Shown here one piece after another: positions 9,683-17,569 of a stretch of 64,000 nucleotides of DNA. Source of the DNA: Candidatus Latescibacterota bacterium (lineage in GTDB: Bacteria > Latescibacterota > UBA2968 > UBA8231); the NCBI GenBank assembly GCA_965203175.1, contig OZ241867.1:2464001-2528000 (forward strand), given 5' to 3'. The position numbers and the translations under genes are program-made. The notes below the pieces were generated by a model. That model saw only the letters and a list, made by a program, of their open reading frames with translations, did not search any database and was not told where the DNA came from. Numbering within the stretch: position 1 is the stretch's first letter; every line of letters starts with the position of its first letter.

Positions 9683-10561
9683 TCAGGGAATGCCCAACTC
9701 TCGCCGGTACACCTCGTCTGCGTCAGCCTGCAACTGCCAGTAGGGCACCCGGATCGTCCGCATCAATTCGCCGCGCCCTCCATCGCTGTCCTCCCAGCGC
9801 AGAATCCGATGCGGATAGGCTTTTTCCGTCCACAGCGTCCGTTGCCGCTGGCCAATGCGCAGGTCCCAACGCACGCTGGCTAGCGTGCCGGTTGCCGTCT
9901 CAATCTGCTCCTCGGCGGCCTTGTGGATCCGCCCGGTCACGGTCGCATGGGGCTTATGCGCCTGCCGAAGCTGCCAAAAGCTCGGCAGTATATCCAACTC
10001 CCGCACCTCGCCTAGGTCCATAAACGGCCCTTGCAGTTCCCTGATGCGGATCAGTAAGTGGTCCTCGCTCGCAAAATGCTCGGGCTGCTTTAGCTGATAG
10101 GATCCACGGCCCTCGCTGGCAAAATAGCTGCTGATCTGCCCGTTGATCTGCCCGCCGCTGAACAGGGCCTCGTCAAAGACCTGCCCGCACCACTCTTGCG
10201 CGCTGAACGAAATGCGTCGCAGTTCAAAGGGATGCCGCTCGCCCGCCACTTGGCTGAAAACCGAGGTCATTACCGAATAGTCGTATATCCCAGTCGTAAA
10301 GTTGAGAATGTGGTTGAGCTTGAGCGCGTAGAATTGGTCGGCTTCCGGCATCGGTGAATCGACCTTGATAAAGGTCTGTCGGTGTAGGCTCTCGGTCACG
10401 AAAATCATCACCCCGTACCCCTGCCGCAGCTCGCTGTAGCGCGGCTGGACCACCTCGTAGCTAGAGATCTCGGCCTTCCCGTCGGCCCAATGCGCATAAA
10501 AATCCACCGCATCTGCTTGGGCTACGCCGAACAATATTGTCCCTATGATCCATTTTGTCAT
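9683..10561 (-). CDS. Conserved secreted hypothetical protein
   Basis: Signal peptide MTKWIIGTILFGVAQA. Motifs WADGKAEISSY, IFVTE, LKLN, TGIYDYSVMTSVF, QEWCGQ. RBS upstream. Confidence 0.75.
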   Translation of the reverse strand: MTKWIIGTILFGVAQADAVDFYAHWADGKAEISSYEVVQPRYSELRQGYGVMIFVTESLHRQTFIKVDSPMPEADQFYALKLNHILNFTTGIYDYSVMTSVFSQVAGERHPFELRRISFSAQEWCGQVFDEALFSGGQINGQISSYFASEGRGSYQLKQPEHFASEDHLLIRIRELQGPFMDLGEVRELDILPSFWQLRQAHKPHATVTGRIHKAAEEQIETATGTLASVRWDLRIGQRQRTLWTEKAYPHRILRWEDSDGGRGELMRTIRVPYWQLQADADEVYRRELGIP

Positions 10562-10646
10562 GGCTGCCTCTCTTTCTCGTAGATCGAAATTTAATATGAA
10601 AAATACATTGACGTATCGCTCGCTGATTGACTATATTTACAGAAGT

Positions 10647-10700
10647 TTGACATACAGAACAGCCCATTGATAACTTAAACAATTATTTAGTCAATCTAAT
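10647..10700 (+). promoter_or_regulatory. Putative sigma70 promoter of feoAB overlapping a weak metal-repressor-like site
   Basis: TTGACA at 10647, TGaTAACTT at ~10668-10676. GATAACTTAAACAATTATT matches the Fur 19-mer at 12/19 positions. A TTAG-N5-CTAA palindrome follows. Confidence 0.35.
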
Positions 10701-10728
10701 TTCCGCCCAATCTAGCCGGAGCTATCGC

Positions 10729-10986
10729 GTGAAATTTCGCAAAACGCCCTGCACCTCAGATGCCCCCGCCCCCCTCGACTTGTCGCAGTTGCCTCGACAT
10801 AGCGAAGCCGTCGTCGCCGAAGTCTCGGCCCCAGCGCGCTTGGCCGCCCGCCTGCGCGAATTGGGCTTTTTGCCCGGTGAACACTTGCGCGTGTTGCGCT
10901 CTGGGACCGCGCTCATCGTCCAGGTAGGACAGACCCGCCTCGCGCTTCGGCGCAGGGATGCTGCCGCCATCCGCCTAGTCCCCTAG
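10729..10986 (+). CDS. feoA: Ferrous iron transport protein A
   Basis: RLRELGFLPG, RLALRRRDA; directly upstream of feoB. Confidence 0.9.
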   Translation: MKFRKTPCTSDAPAPLDLSQLPRHSEAVVAEVSAPARLAARLRELGFLPGEHLRVLRSGTALIVQVGQTRLALRRRDAAAIRLVP

Positions 10987-11010
10987 TTTTTCCTGCTCAG
11001 TAGGTCCTGT

Positions 11011-13143
11011 GTGCGGACGCTCGCACTTATTGGCAATCCCAATACGGGTAAGACTACGCTTTTTAATGCCCTGACCGGTCTTACACAGCGCGCCGGCAAC
11101 TACCCAGGCGTCACTGTGGAGCACAAAGTGGGGACCGTGACGCTGGATGGGGAAGGCGCGCTAGACCTGATTGACCTGCCCGGTGCCTATAGCCTCGCCG
11201 CGCACTCGCCCGACGAGATGCTGGCCATTGACGTGCTCTTGGGCCAACAGCAAGACGCGCCGCCCATAGATGGCATCTTGGCAGTCGTCGATGCCAGCAA
11301 CCTGCGGCGCAACCTCTACTTAGTCTCCCAACTCGCGGAAATAGATGTGCCCTTGGTCGTGGCCCTCAATATGGGGGACATAGCACTCCGGCGGGGCATG
11401 CGCATCGACGCCAGCGCCTTGTCTGAGGCGCTCGGCGCGCCGGTGGTGCCCGTCCTCGCCCACCGCCGAGAGGGGCTGGACGAACTGCGGCGCACCTTGG
11501 CGGCCTTGAGTGAGGATCCAGCGCCTGCACGGCCGCAGCGAGTGGAACTGCCCGACCAACTCCAGCGCGCCACCGCCGAACTGCAGGCCGCGGTCTCCGG
11601 ATCGCTCTCCTCAGTAGAGGCTCTGCGCGCCCTAGTCGATGAAGAAGGGTATGCCGAGCGCCGCTTGTTGGCATCTGCTGGCGATGGTATCACGGACCGC
11701 TTGCACGGTCTGCGCACGGCGGGTGCGGAGTCTCTGTCCGAATTGGAAAGCAGTGCCCGCTATGCTTGGATCGACGATCTGCTCGCGCAGGCGATTGACC
11801 AGCCCAGCCGCCTAGAGGGACGCCGCTCGGATCGGGCCGACCGCGTTCTCGCGCACCGCCTCTTCGGCGTGGCGATTTTTGTGTTGGTCAACGTGTTGGT
11901 GTTCGAAGCCATTTACACGTGGTCGGGGCCGCTGATGGACGGCATTGACGCGCTATTTGCCGCCTGCGGCGACCGCGCTGCTGCGCTCATCCCCCCCGGT
12001 GCCCTGCAAAGCCTCGTCGTCGATGGCCTCATCGCTGGCGTCGGCGGCGTGCTCATCTTCCTGCCGCAGATCGCCATCTTGTTCTTTTTTATCGCCCTGC
12101 TCGAAGACAGCGGCTACATGGCGCGGGCTGCACTGTTGATGGATCGGCTGCTCACCCGCGTGGGGCTGTCTGGCACGGCCTTTATGCCCCTGCTGTCCAG
12201 TTTTGCCTGCGCCGTTCCGGGCATCATGGCCGCTCGCACCATTGAAGACCGGCGCGACCGCTTTGCCACCATCTTGGTCGCGCCGCTGATGAGCTGCTCG
12301 GCGCGTCTGCCGGTGTACGTGCTCTTTATTGGGACCTTTGTCCCGGACCGCTCGCTGTTGGGTGGGGTCATCGGCTTGCAGGCGCTGACTCTGTTCGCCT
12401 TCTATTGCCTCGGCGCACTCGTTGCCATCCCGGTGGCTTGGTTGCTCAAGCGGACCTTGCTCAAGGGCGATCCCCCGCCCTTTCTGCTGGAGCTGCCTTC
12501 GTACAAGACGCCCGACCTGCGCACGGTGTTGCTGCGCGTGTACCACAGCGGCCGGGCCTTTGTCGTCCGCGCAGGCAGCCTCATCTTGGCGACGACGATT
12601 GCGATGTGGGCGCTGGCGTACTTCCCGCGCTCGGAAGCCGTGGTAGAGCGCCACCAAATTGAGCGCCAAGCGGTCGCGCCCGAAGCTCTCGACGCCTTGG
12701 CAAAGCGCCAAGCGGCCGAGCTGGTAGAAAACAGCTATCTCGGCCAAGCCGGGCATTGGGTCGCGCCGGCCGTGCGTCCTTTGGGATGGGATTGGCGCAT
12801 TGGCATGGCGGTCATCGCCTCCTTCCCGGCTCGCGAAGTCATTATCTCGGCCTTGGGCACCATTTATAGCCTCGGCGCGGGCGAGGACGAAGGCTCCGAG
12901 AGTCTGCGTGCGACCTTGGCCGCTGCTACGTGGCCGGATGGCCGCCCGATTTACACCTTGGCAGTGGCGCTGTCGATCATGGTTTTCTTCGCTCTCTGCG
13001 CTCAGTGTCTATCGACCTTGGTCGTTATCAAAAAAGAGACCGGCTCCTATGGCTGGGCCCTGTTCAGCTTTGGCTATATGACGGCCCTTGCTTATATCGG
13101 CGCGCTGGTGACCTACCAAGTCGGCACGGCGCTGGGATTTTGA
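11011..13143 (+). CDS. feoB: Ferrous iron transport protein B
   Basis: GNPNTGKTTLFNALTG, GNYPGVTVE, DLPGAYSL, LEDSGYMAR, FACAVP, SCSARLP. Confidence 0.97.
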   Translation: MRTLALIGNPNTGKTTLFNALTGLTQRAGNYPGVTVEHKVGTVTLDGEGALDLIDLPGAYSLAAHSPDEMLAIDVLLGQQQDAPPIDGILAVVDASNLRRNLYLVSQLAEIDVPLVVALNMGDIALRRGMRIDASALSEALGAPVVPVLAHRREGLDELRRTLAALSEDPAPARPQRVELPDQLQRATAELQAAVSGSLSSVEALRALVDEEGYAERRLLASAGDGITDRLHGLRTAGAESLSELESSARYAWIDDLLAQAIDQPSRLEGRRSDRADRVLAHRLFGVAIFVLVNVLVFEAIYTWSGPLMDGIDALFAACGDRAAALIPPGALQSLVVDGLIAGVGGVLIFLPQIAILFFFIALLEDSGYMARAALLMDRLLTRVGLSGTAFMPLLSSFACAVPGIMAARTIEDRRDRFATILVAPLMSCSARLPVYVLFIGTFVPDRSLLGGVIGLQALTLFAFYCLGALVAIPVAWLLKRTLLKGDPPPFLLELPSYKTPDLRTVLLRVYHSGRAFVVRAGSLILATTIAMWALAYFPRSEAVVERHQIERQAVAPEALDALAKRQAAELVENSYLGQAGHWVAPAVRPLGWDWRIGMAVIASFPAREVIISALGTIYSLGAGEDEGSESLRATLAAATWPDGRPIYTLAVALSIMVFFALCAQCLSTLVVIKKETGSYGWALFSFGYMTALAYIGALVTYQVGTALGF

Positions 13144-13144
13144 A

Positions 13145-13282
13145 ATGGACTGGCAAACGCCAGTAGCCATCGCCGTTGCCGCACTCGCCGGAGCGTACGT
13201 GTTGTGGCGTTTAGCGCGGCCTTTTTTCCGCGGCAAGTCCCAACGCGACGAATCGTTGCAGATAGGGGACTCGGACGACTAG
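13145..13282 (+). CDS. Small single-TM FeoB-associated protein (45 aa)
   Basis: Manual translation MDWQTPVAIAVAALAGAYVLWRLARPFFRGKSQRDESLQIGDSDD; starts after a 1-nt gap behind the feoB stop. Confidence 0.7.
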   Translation: MDWQTPVAIAVAALAGAYVLWRLARPFFRGKSQRDESLQIGDSDD

Positions 13283-13302
13283 CTGCGGTGATCTGGGTGG
13301 GA

Positions 13303-14385
13303 TTATCCCGCGCGACGCAAAAATCGCTTGCCCTCAAGCTGATCTACTAGGCCGTCGAGTTCCAACCTCAGCAGCACGTCGAGCAGGGTGGCGGGTGGTA
13401 GGGCGCTGTCTTGGGCGAGTTCGTCGATGTGCCGGGGTTGGCGCGACAGCAGGGCATAGACGCTCTCGTCCTCTGGCGGAAGAGTGGGTATGGGCACGGG
13501 CGCGCTTTGCGGGCGCGGTGACGCCCACATGGTCAATTCCTCTAGCACGTCCTCCACGTCCTCGACCAACTTCGCCCCGTCTTTGATGAGTTGATGGCAG
13601 CCTGCGTTGCGGCCCGAGCGCACGTCCCCGGGCACAGCGAAGACCTCGCGGTTTTGCTCCAAGGCGTGTTGGACCGTAATCAGCGCCCCGCTCTTTTGCG
13701 GAGCCTCGACGATGATCACTCCTAGGCTCAGACCGCTGATGATGCGGTTGCGGCGCGGGAAGGCTCCCCGCTCCGGTTGTGCCCCCCAAGCAAACTCGGA
13801 GACGATGGCCCCCCGTTCGCGGATTTGGCGGTAGAGTGGGGTGTGAGTGCGGGGATAGGGCACGTCGGCCCCGCAGCCCAACACGGCGATGGTGCGTCCC
13901 CCGGCCGCGAGCGCGGCCTCATGGGCCGCCGCGTCGATGCCGAAAGCCATGCCGCTGACGATGCAGATGCCTTGAGCTACTAAACTGCGGGCCAGCTCGG
14001 CGGCGATCAGCTTGCCGTTGTCCGATGCCTTGCGCGAGCCAACGATGGCCACGGTAGGAGGGGACAAATCGTCCGGCCCCAGCGCAAACAGCACGGGTGG
14101 TGGCGCGGCGATTTGGGCCAGTAGTTGGGGATAGTCCGCGTCTGCTGGAGCTAGGCAGCGTCCGCCCGCCGCGCAAAGCCGTTGCCATTGCTCGGCGGCC
14201 CAAGCAAAGTCGGCCTGTGTCGGCCGCTGCCCGGGCGCGTTGGCTCCCACAGCTGCAGTCCAATTTGCGGCGGTGAGGGCCTTTTGCGCCGAGCCAAAGT
14301 GATCTAGTAAGCGCCGCACGCGCCTGGGCGGCTCGGCTTGGCTCAGCGCGAGCAGCGCCTGCACTTCGCGCTGGGACTCAGGCAT
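13303..14385 (-). CDS. dprA: DNA-processing protein DprA
   Basis: VAIVGSRKAS, IVSGMAFGIDAAAH, FPRRNRIISGLS, VEAPQKSGALIT, REVFAVPG, C-terminal winged helix. Confidence 0.96.
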   Translation of the reverse strand: MPESQREVQALLALSQAEPPRRVRRLLDHFGSAQKALTAANWTAAVGANAPGQRPTQADFAWAAEQWQRLCAAGGRCLAPADADYPQLLAQIAAPPPVLFALGPDDLSPPTVAIVGSRKASDNGKLIAAELARSLVAQGICIVSGMAFGIDAAAHEAALAAGGRTIAVLGCGADVPYPRTHTPLYRQIRERGAIVSEFAWGAQPERGAFPRRNRIISGLSLGVIIVEAPQKSGALITVQHALEQNREVFAVPGDVRSGRNAGCHQLIKDGAKLVEDVEDVLEELTMWASPRPQSAPVPIPTLPPEDESVYALLSRQPRHIDELAQDSALPPATLLDVLLRLELDGLVDQLEGKRFLRRAG

Positions 14386-14872
14386 TTTGGAATTTCTCCC
14401 GCAGGCGTCGCTCGATACAAGGCGGCACGAACTGGTTCAACTGCCCGCCCATTTGCGCCACTTCGCGCACGACCGACGAACTGAGATACATGTACTCGGC
14501 CTTAGTCATTAGAAAGACTGTGTCGAACTCCGGCCACAGTGAACGATTGGTCAAAGCCATGGCGAACTCGTGCTCGAAGTCGGTTACTGCCCGCAGGCCC
14601 CGCACGGCCGTGCGGATGTTGTGCTGCCGCGCATAGTCAACGGTCAGGCCGTCGTGGAAATCGACCTTGGCTTGGGGCCAGTCGCTAATGGCCTCGGAAA
14701 TCATCGCCCGGCTCTCCTCCAGCGAAAAGAGCGGCTTTTTGTTGGGATTGATCGCGACCAGTAGGGTGACTCGGGAGAAGATGCCCAAGGCCCGCTCTAG
14801 GATGTTCAGGTGGCCGAAGGTGATGGGGTCGAAGCTGCCGGGATAGATAGCTGTGTCTGCAAAGCTGTTCAT
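14378..14872 (-). CDS. coaD: Phosphopantetheine adenylyltransferase
   Basis: AIYPGSFDPITFGH, RGLRAVTDFEHE, SSSVVREVA. Confidence 0.97.
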   Translation of the reverse strand: MNSFADTAIYPGSFDPITFGHLNILERALGIFSRVTLLVAINPNKKPLFSLEESRAMISEAISDWPQAKVDFHDGLTVDYARQHNIRTAVRGLRAVTDFEHEFAMALTNRSLWPEFDTVFLMTKAEYMYLSSSVVREVAQMGGQLNQFVPPCIERRLREKFQNA

Positions 14873-16257
14873 CAGGGTCCGGCCACAATGATGTCCACGG
14901 CCGCGTAGAGCCGAGCTTGAACCCAGCCGTTTTCGTCGCTTTTGACGGGCACGAGCAAAATTTCGCCGAGGGCCGCGACCTCCTCGGCCTGTTGCAACTG
15001 CTGCAAGAAGGAGTTGATCTGCTGAGGGGACCCAAGGCCCTGCAGTTTTTGCCGCTGGTAGGTGCGCGCCGGCGACATGGACCTATGGATAGGCTTTTGG
15101 ATCGACAGACTGTCTAGGCCGCTCGCATCGGCCCAGCGGGCTACCTTGCCGAAGAATTGCTCCGCTTGGCTAGCCGAGAGGGCGGCTAGTGGAGAGGTGT
15201 CCTGATCGGCAAAGCGGCCTTGGATTGCAAAGCGCAGCGTGCGCTCCTCCCGCCAAGTCGAAAACGAAACCTGCGATGGCAACGCTTGCAAGCTAAGCCT
15301 GAACATGCGCAATACTTTGTGCGAAGGGCTGGTTCCCTCTAGCCAATACTCCCCGGTCGAGTTACAGATCAGCGAAGCCACGCGAATCCCGGCGGGAACC
15401 TGTTCGTCAATCCGCATGATTTGGAGGCAGGCCGTGCTGCGCTGGGACGAGGGGGCTTGGGACGGCATTGGAGCGGGTGTGGAGGAACTGGGTGTGGCTT
15501 CTGGTTGGACCACGGGACTGGGGGCGATTTCTCGCACCGGACTCGGAGAGACCTCTTGTTGCGCCACGGGTTTAGAGAGGACCTCTTGCTGTGCCACGGA
15601 ACTTGGCACTGTATCTCGCTGTGCCACAGGACTAGGCAAGGTGTCTTGCTGTGCCGCATAACCGAGGGAGACCTCTTGCTGTGCCGCGGGCTTGGATTCG
15701 ATTTCTTGTACGGGGCTAGGCGTGGTCTCTTGTTGCGCCACGGAACTTGATGTGACCTCTTGCTGTACCATCACTGGCTTGGGCGTGGCCTCTTGTTCCG
15801 CTATGGGCTTGGGGGAGATTTCTTGTTGTACTACGGGGCTTGGTGTGGCCTCCTGTTGTGCCACGGAACTTGGCACTGTATCTCGCTGTGCCACAGACGT
15901 AGGAGTGCTTTCCTGCTGCTCTACAGGACTGGAGGCGACCTCTTGCGCCGGGCTTGGTGCGGGTTCTCGCTGCGCCGTGGGCTCAGGTATACTCTCTTGC
16001 TGTACTACGAGGCTTGGTGAGGAGTCTTGCACCGTGGGCTTGGGTTCGATTTCTCGCGGTACTACGGGACTGGAGGCGGCCTCTTGCTCTTGCCGCGCCG
16101 CGGGACTGAGGGGGGAATCCGCGCTGAAAAGCGATCCCGCCAGCGCGGGGAAGAACAGATGGAGGCCATACAGTCCTCCACAGACGACCAAGATCGAAAG
16201 CAAGGCTTTTGGCCAAGACCACCGCCGCTGGCGGTCGAGAAGATCGACGTGGATCAT
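14872..16257 (-). CDS. Bitopic membrane protein with a Gln/Pro/Ser repeat stalk and PilN/PilO-like C-terminal domains
   Basis: ATGA overlap with the pilM-like stop gives start 16257. MIHVDLL resembles the PilN N-terminal INLL motif. One TM helix, ~200 aa repeat region, then alpha/beta domains (VPAGIRVASL...WLEG). Confidence 0.7.
   Translation of the reverse strand: MIHVDLLDRQRRWSWPKALLSILVVCGGLYGLHLFFPALAGSLFSADSPLSPAARQEQEAASSPVVPREIEPKPTVQDSSPSLVVQQESIPEPTAQREPAPSPAQEVASSPVEQQESTPTSVAQRDTVPSSVAQQEATPSPVVQQEISPKPIAEQEATPKPVMVQQEVTSSSVAQQETTPSPVQEIESKPAAQQEVSLGYAAQQDTLPSPVAQRDTVPSSVAQQEVLSKPVAQQEVSPSPVREIAPSPVVQPEATPSSSTPAPMPSQAPSSQRSTACLQIMRIDEQVPAGIRVASLICNSTGEYWLEGTSPSHKVLRMFRLSLQALPSQVSFSTWREERTLRFAIQGRFADQDTSPLAALSASQAEQFFGKVARWADASGLDSLSIQKPIHRSMSPARTYQRQKLQGLGSPQQINSFLQQLQQAEEVAALGEILLVPVKSDENGWVQARLYAAVDIIVAGP
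15480..16090 (-). repeat. Coding imperfect tandem repeat, ~33 bp / 11 aa, consensus QQE(V/A/I)(S/T)P(S/K)PV(A/V)
   Basis: More than 15 degenerate units in the translation. An exact ~40-bp block (VAQRDTVPSSVAQ) occurs at ~15591 and ~15857. Confidence 0.9.
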
Positions 16258-17141
16258 CGCACTAACCCCCGCTGAGCCAGCCCGACGGCAATGGCATACG
16301 CGGACCGCTGCGTGGGCGTGGCGCTGCCGAGCAGCCTGGGATTGACTGCGGCGAGTGGATCGAGGATTGAATGCGGCACCTTCAAATGCGTGGCCAAGCC
16401 CTCGCTCCAATACACGACGCCGGCGCCCCACAGGCGTTGGAGGCTGTTGCCGCTCTCGCTCAGCAGCTTGCGTGCCGCGCCTTCTAAGGCTGCGGCCGCA
16501 TCGTCCTCTTCCTCCCAGACGCAACTGGTTAGCGCGGCCAGTTCGCCTTCCTCTGTCAGCAGGAGCCAAGCCTCGCCCATATCCGCATAAAGCAGGAGCG
16601 AGAACTTATCTTTGGCGAGCAGGTTGGCGCATTCGCCGGCGTTGTATAGGGCAAACGGCGCTAGATCCACGTCGAGCCGATCGACCGCTGTCTCCTTGCC
16701 TAGGGTGCGGTAACAGTCAAGGGCGCGGCTGCGAGCCGCGACCACAAAACCCCACTGCGATGTCAGCACAAAATCGCAGCGAAACGCCTTCGCCTCTCCG
16801 GCCAAAATCTGCTCGGACTCCCACAGGAGCTGTTCGCGGTTTTCCTGCACAGTCCCCGCCACGAGGGGCCGTCGTTGAACGAGACCCAAGCGCCGGTCCA
16901 ACGAAAAACAGGTGTTGCTGTAGTCAAAATCGTAAGTCTTTGCGAGCGTGGCTAGTTGGGCGGCTAGCCCTTGCCGCTGCTGCTTGTCGTTCAGGGCTGC
17001 CGGGTCGAAGGGCCGTTCTAGCTCGTCGGTCACCAAAACTAGTGGCCGGACGTCAGTGCGTCCAGCATCTAGGGCGGCGACGCGCACGGTTTGACCACTG
17101 ATGTGGATCCCAGTGGCTTTTGTTCTGCCAAATCCAAACAA
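16254..17141 (-). CDS. Divergent PilM-like (actin/FtsA fold) pilus assembly protein
   Basis: N-terminal ATGIHISGQTVRVA (cf. PilM GIDIG..SVK), VDLAPFALYNA, C-terminal YAIAVGLAQRG. TTG start with a strong AGGAGAGG RBS. Confidence 0.7.
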   Translation of the reverse strand: MFGFGRTKATGIHISGQTVRVAALDAGRTDVRPLVLVTDELERPFDPAALNDKQQRQGLAAQLATLAKTYDFDYSNTCFSLDRRLGLVQRRPLVAGTVQENREQLLWESEQILAGEAKAFRCDFVLTSQWGFVVAARSRALDCYRTLGKETAVDRLDVDLAPFALYNAGECANLLAKDKFSLLLYADMGEAWLLLTEEGELAALTSCVWEEEDDAAAALEGAARKLLSESGNSLQRLWGAGVVYWSEGLATHLKVPHSILDPLAAVNPRLLGSATPTQRSAYAIAVGLAQRGLVR

Positions 17142-17170
17142 TCCAACCCCCTCTCCTGCGAAGTGAACCT

Positions 17171-17560
17171 CTACTTCACTATGAGCAAAGGACGGAGCTT
17201 TTCTAGCGTCTTCGCGCCGATGCCATTGACTTCAGTTAGTTGCTCCAGCCGTTTGAAAGGACCTCGCTCGCGGCGAAAGGCGACGATCCGCTCGGCGATC
17301 TTGGGGCCGACTGCCGGCAGTGCGACTAGCTCGGCGATTGTAGCCGAATTTAGCGAGAGCGGCCCTTGTTTGGCTACTACCTTTTCGAGCGGTGGCGGCG
17401 GAGCTACCGCTCGCGGCACGACGCTGAATTCCTCTAGGCGCGATGGGCGATACCAATCGCTTACGGCGACGAGCATCCCTATGATTAGGGCCACTGTCAG
17501 GCCGATGAGCGCGCGTTGCTCGCGTTCATTAAACAAAAATATCTCCCACAACCGCGCCAA
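17171..17560 (-). CDS. comEA: ComEA-family helix-hairpin-helix DNA-binding protein
   Basis: N-terminal TM, then LNSATIAELVALPAVGPKIAERIVAFRRERGPFKRLEQLTEVNGIGAKTLEKL. Confidence 0.9.
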   Translation of the reverse strand: MARLWEIFLFNEREQRALIGLTVALIIGMLVAVSDWYRPSRLEEFSVVPRAVAPPPPLEKVVAKQGPLSLNSATIAELVALPAVGPKIAERIVAFRRERGPFKRLEQLTEVNGIGAKTLEKLRPLLIVK

Positions 17561-17569
17561 GCAATATGC

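Noticed and set aside
15480-16090. CRISPR array
   Set aside because: The repeats are degenerate, contiguous and in-frame coding, with no unique spacers or cas genes.
16258-16569. N-terminal extension of the 565-aa ORF
   Set aside because: It overlaps the pilM-like gene out of frame; the ATGA coupling indicates start 16257.
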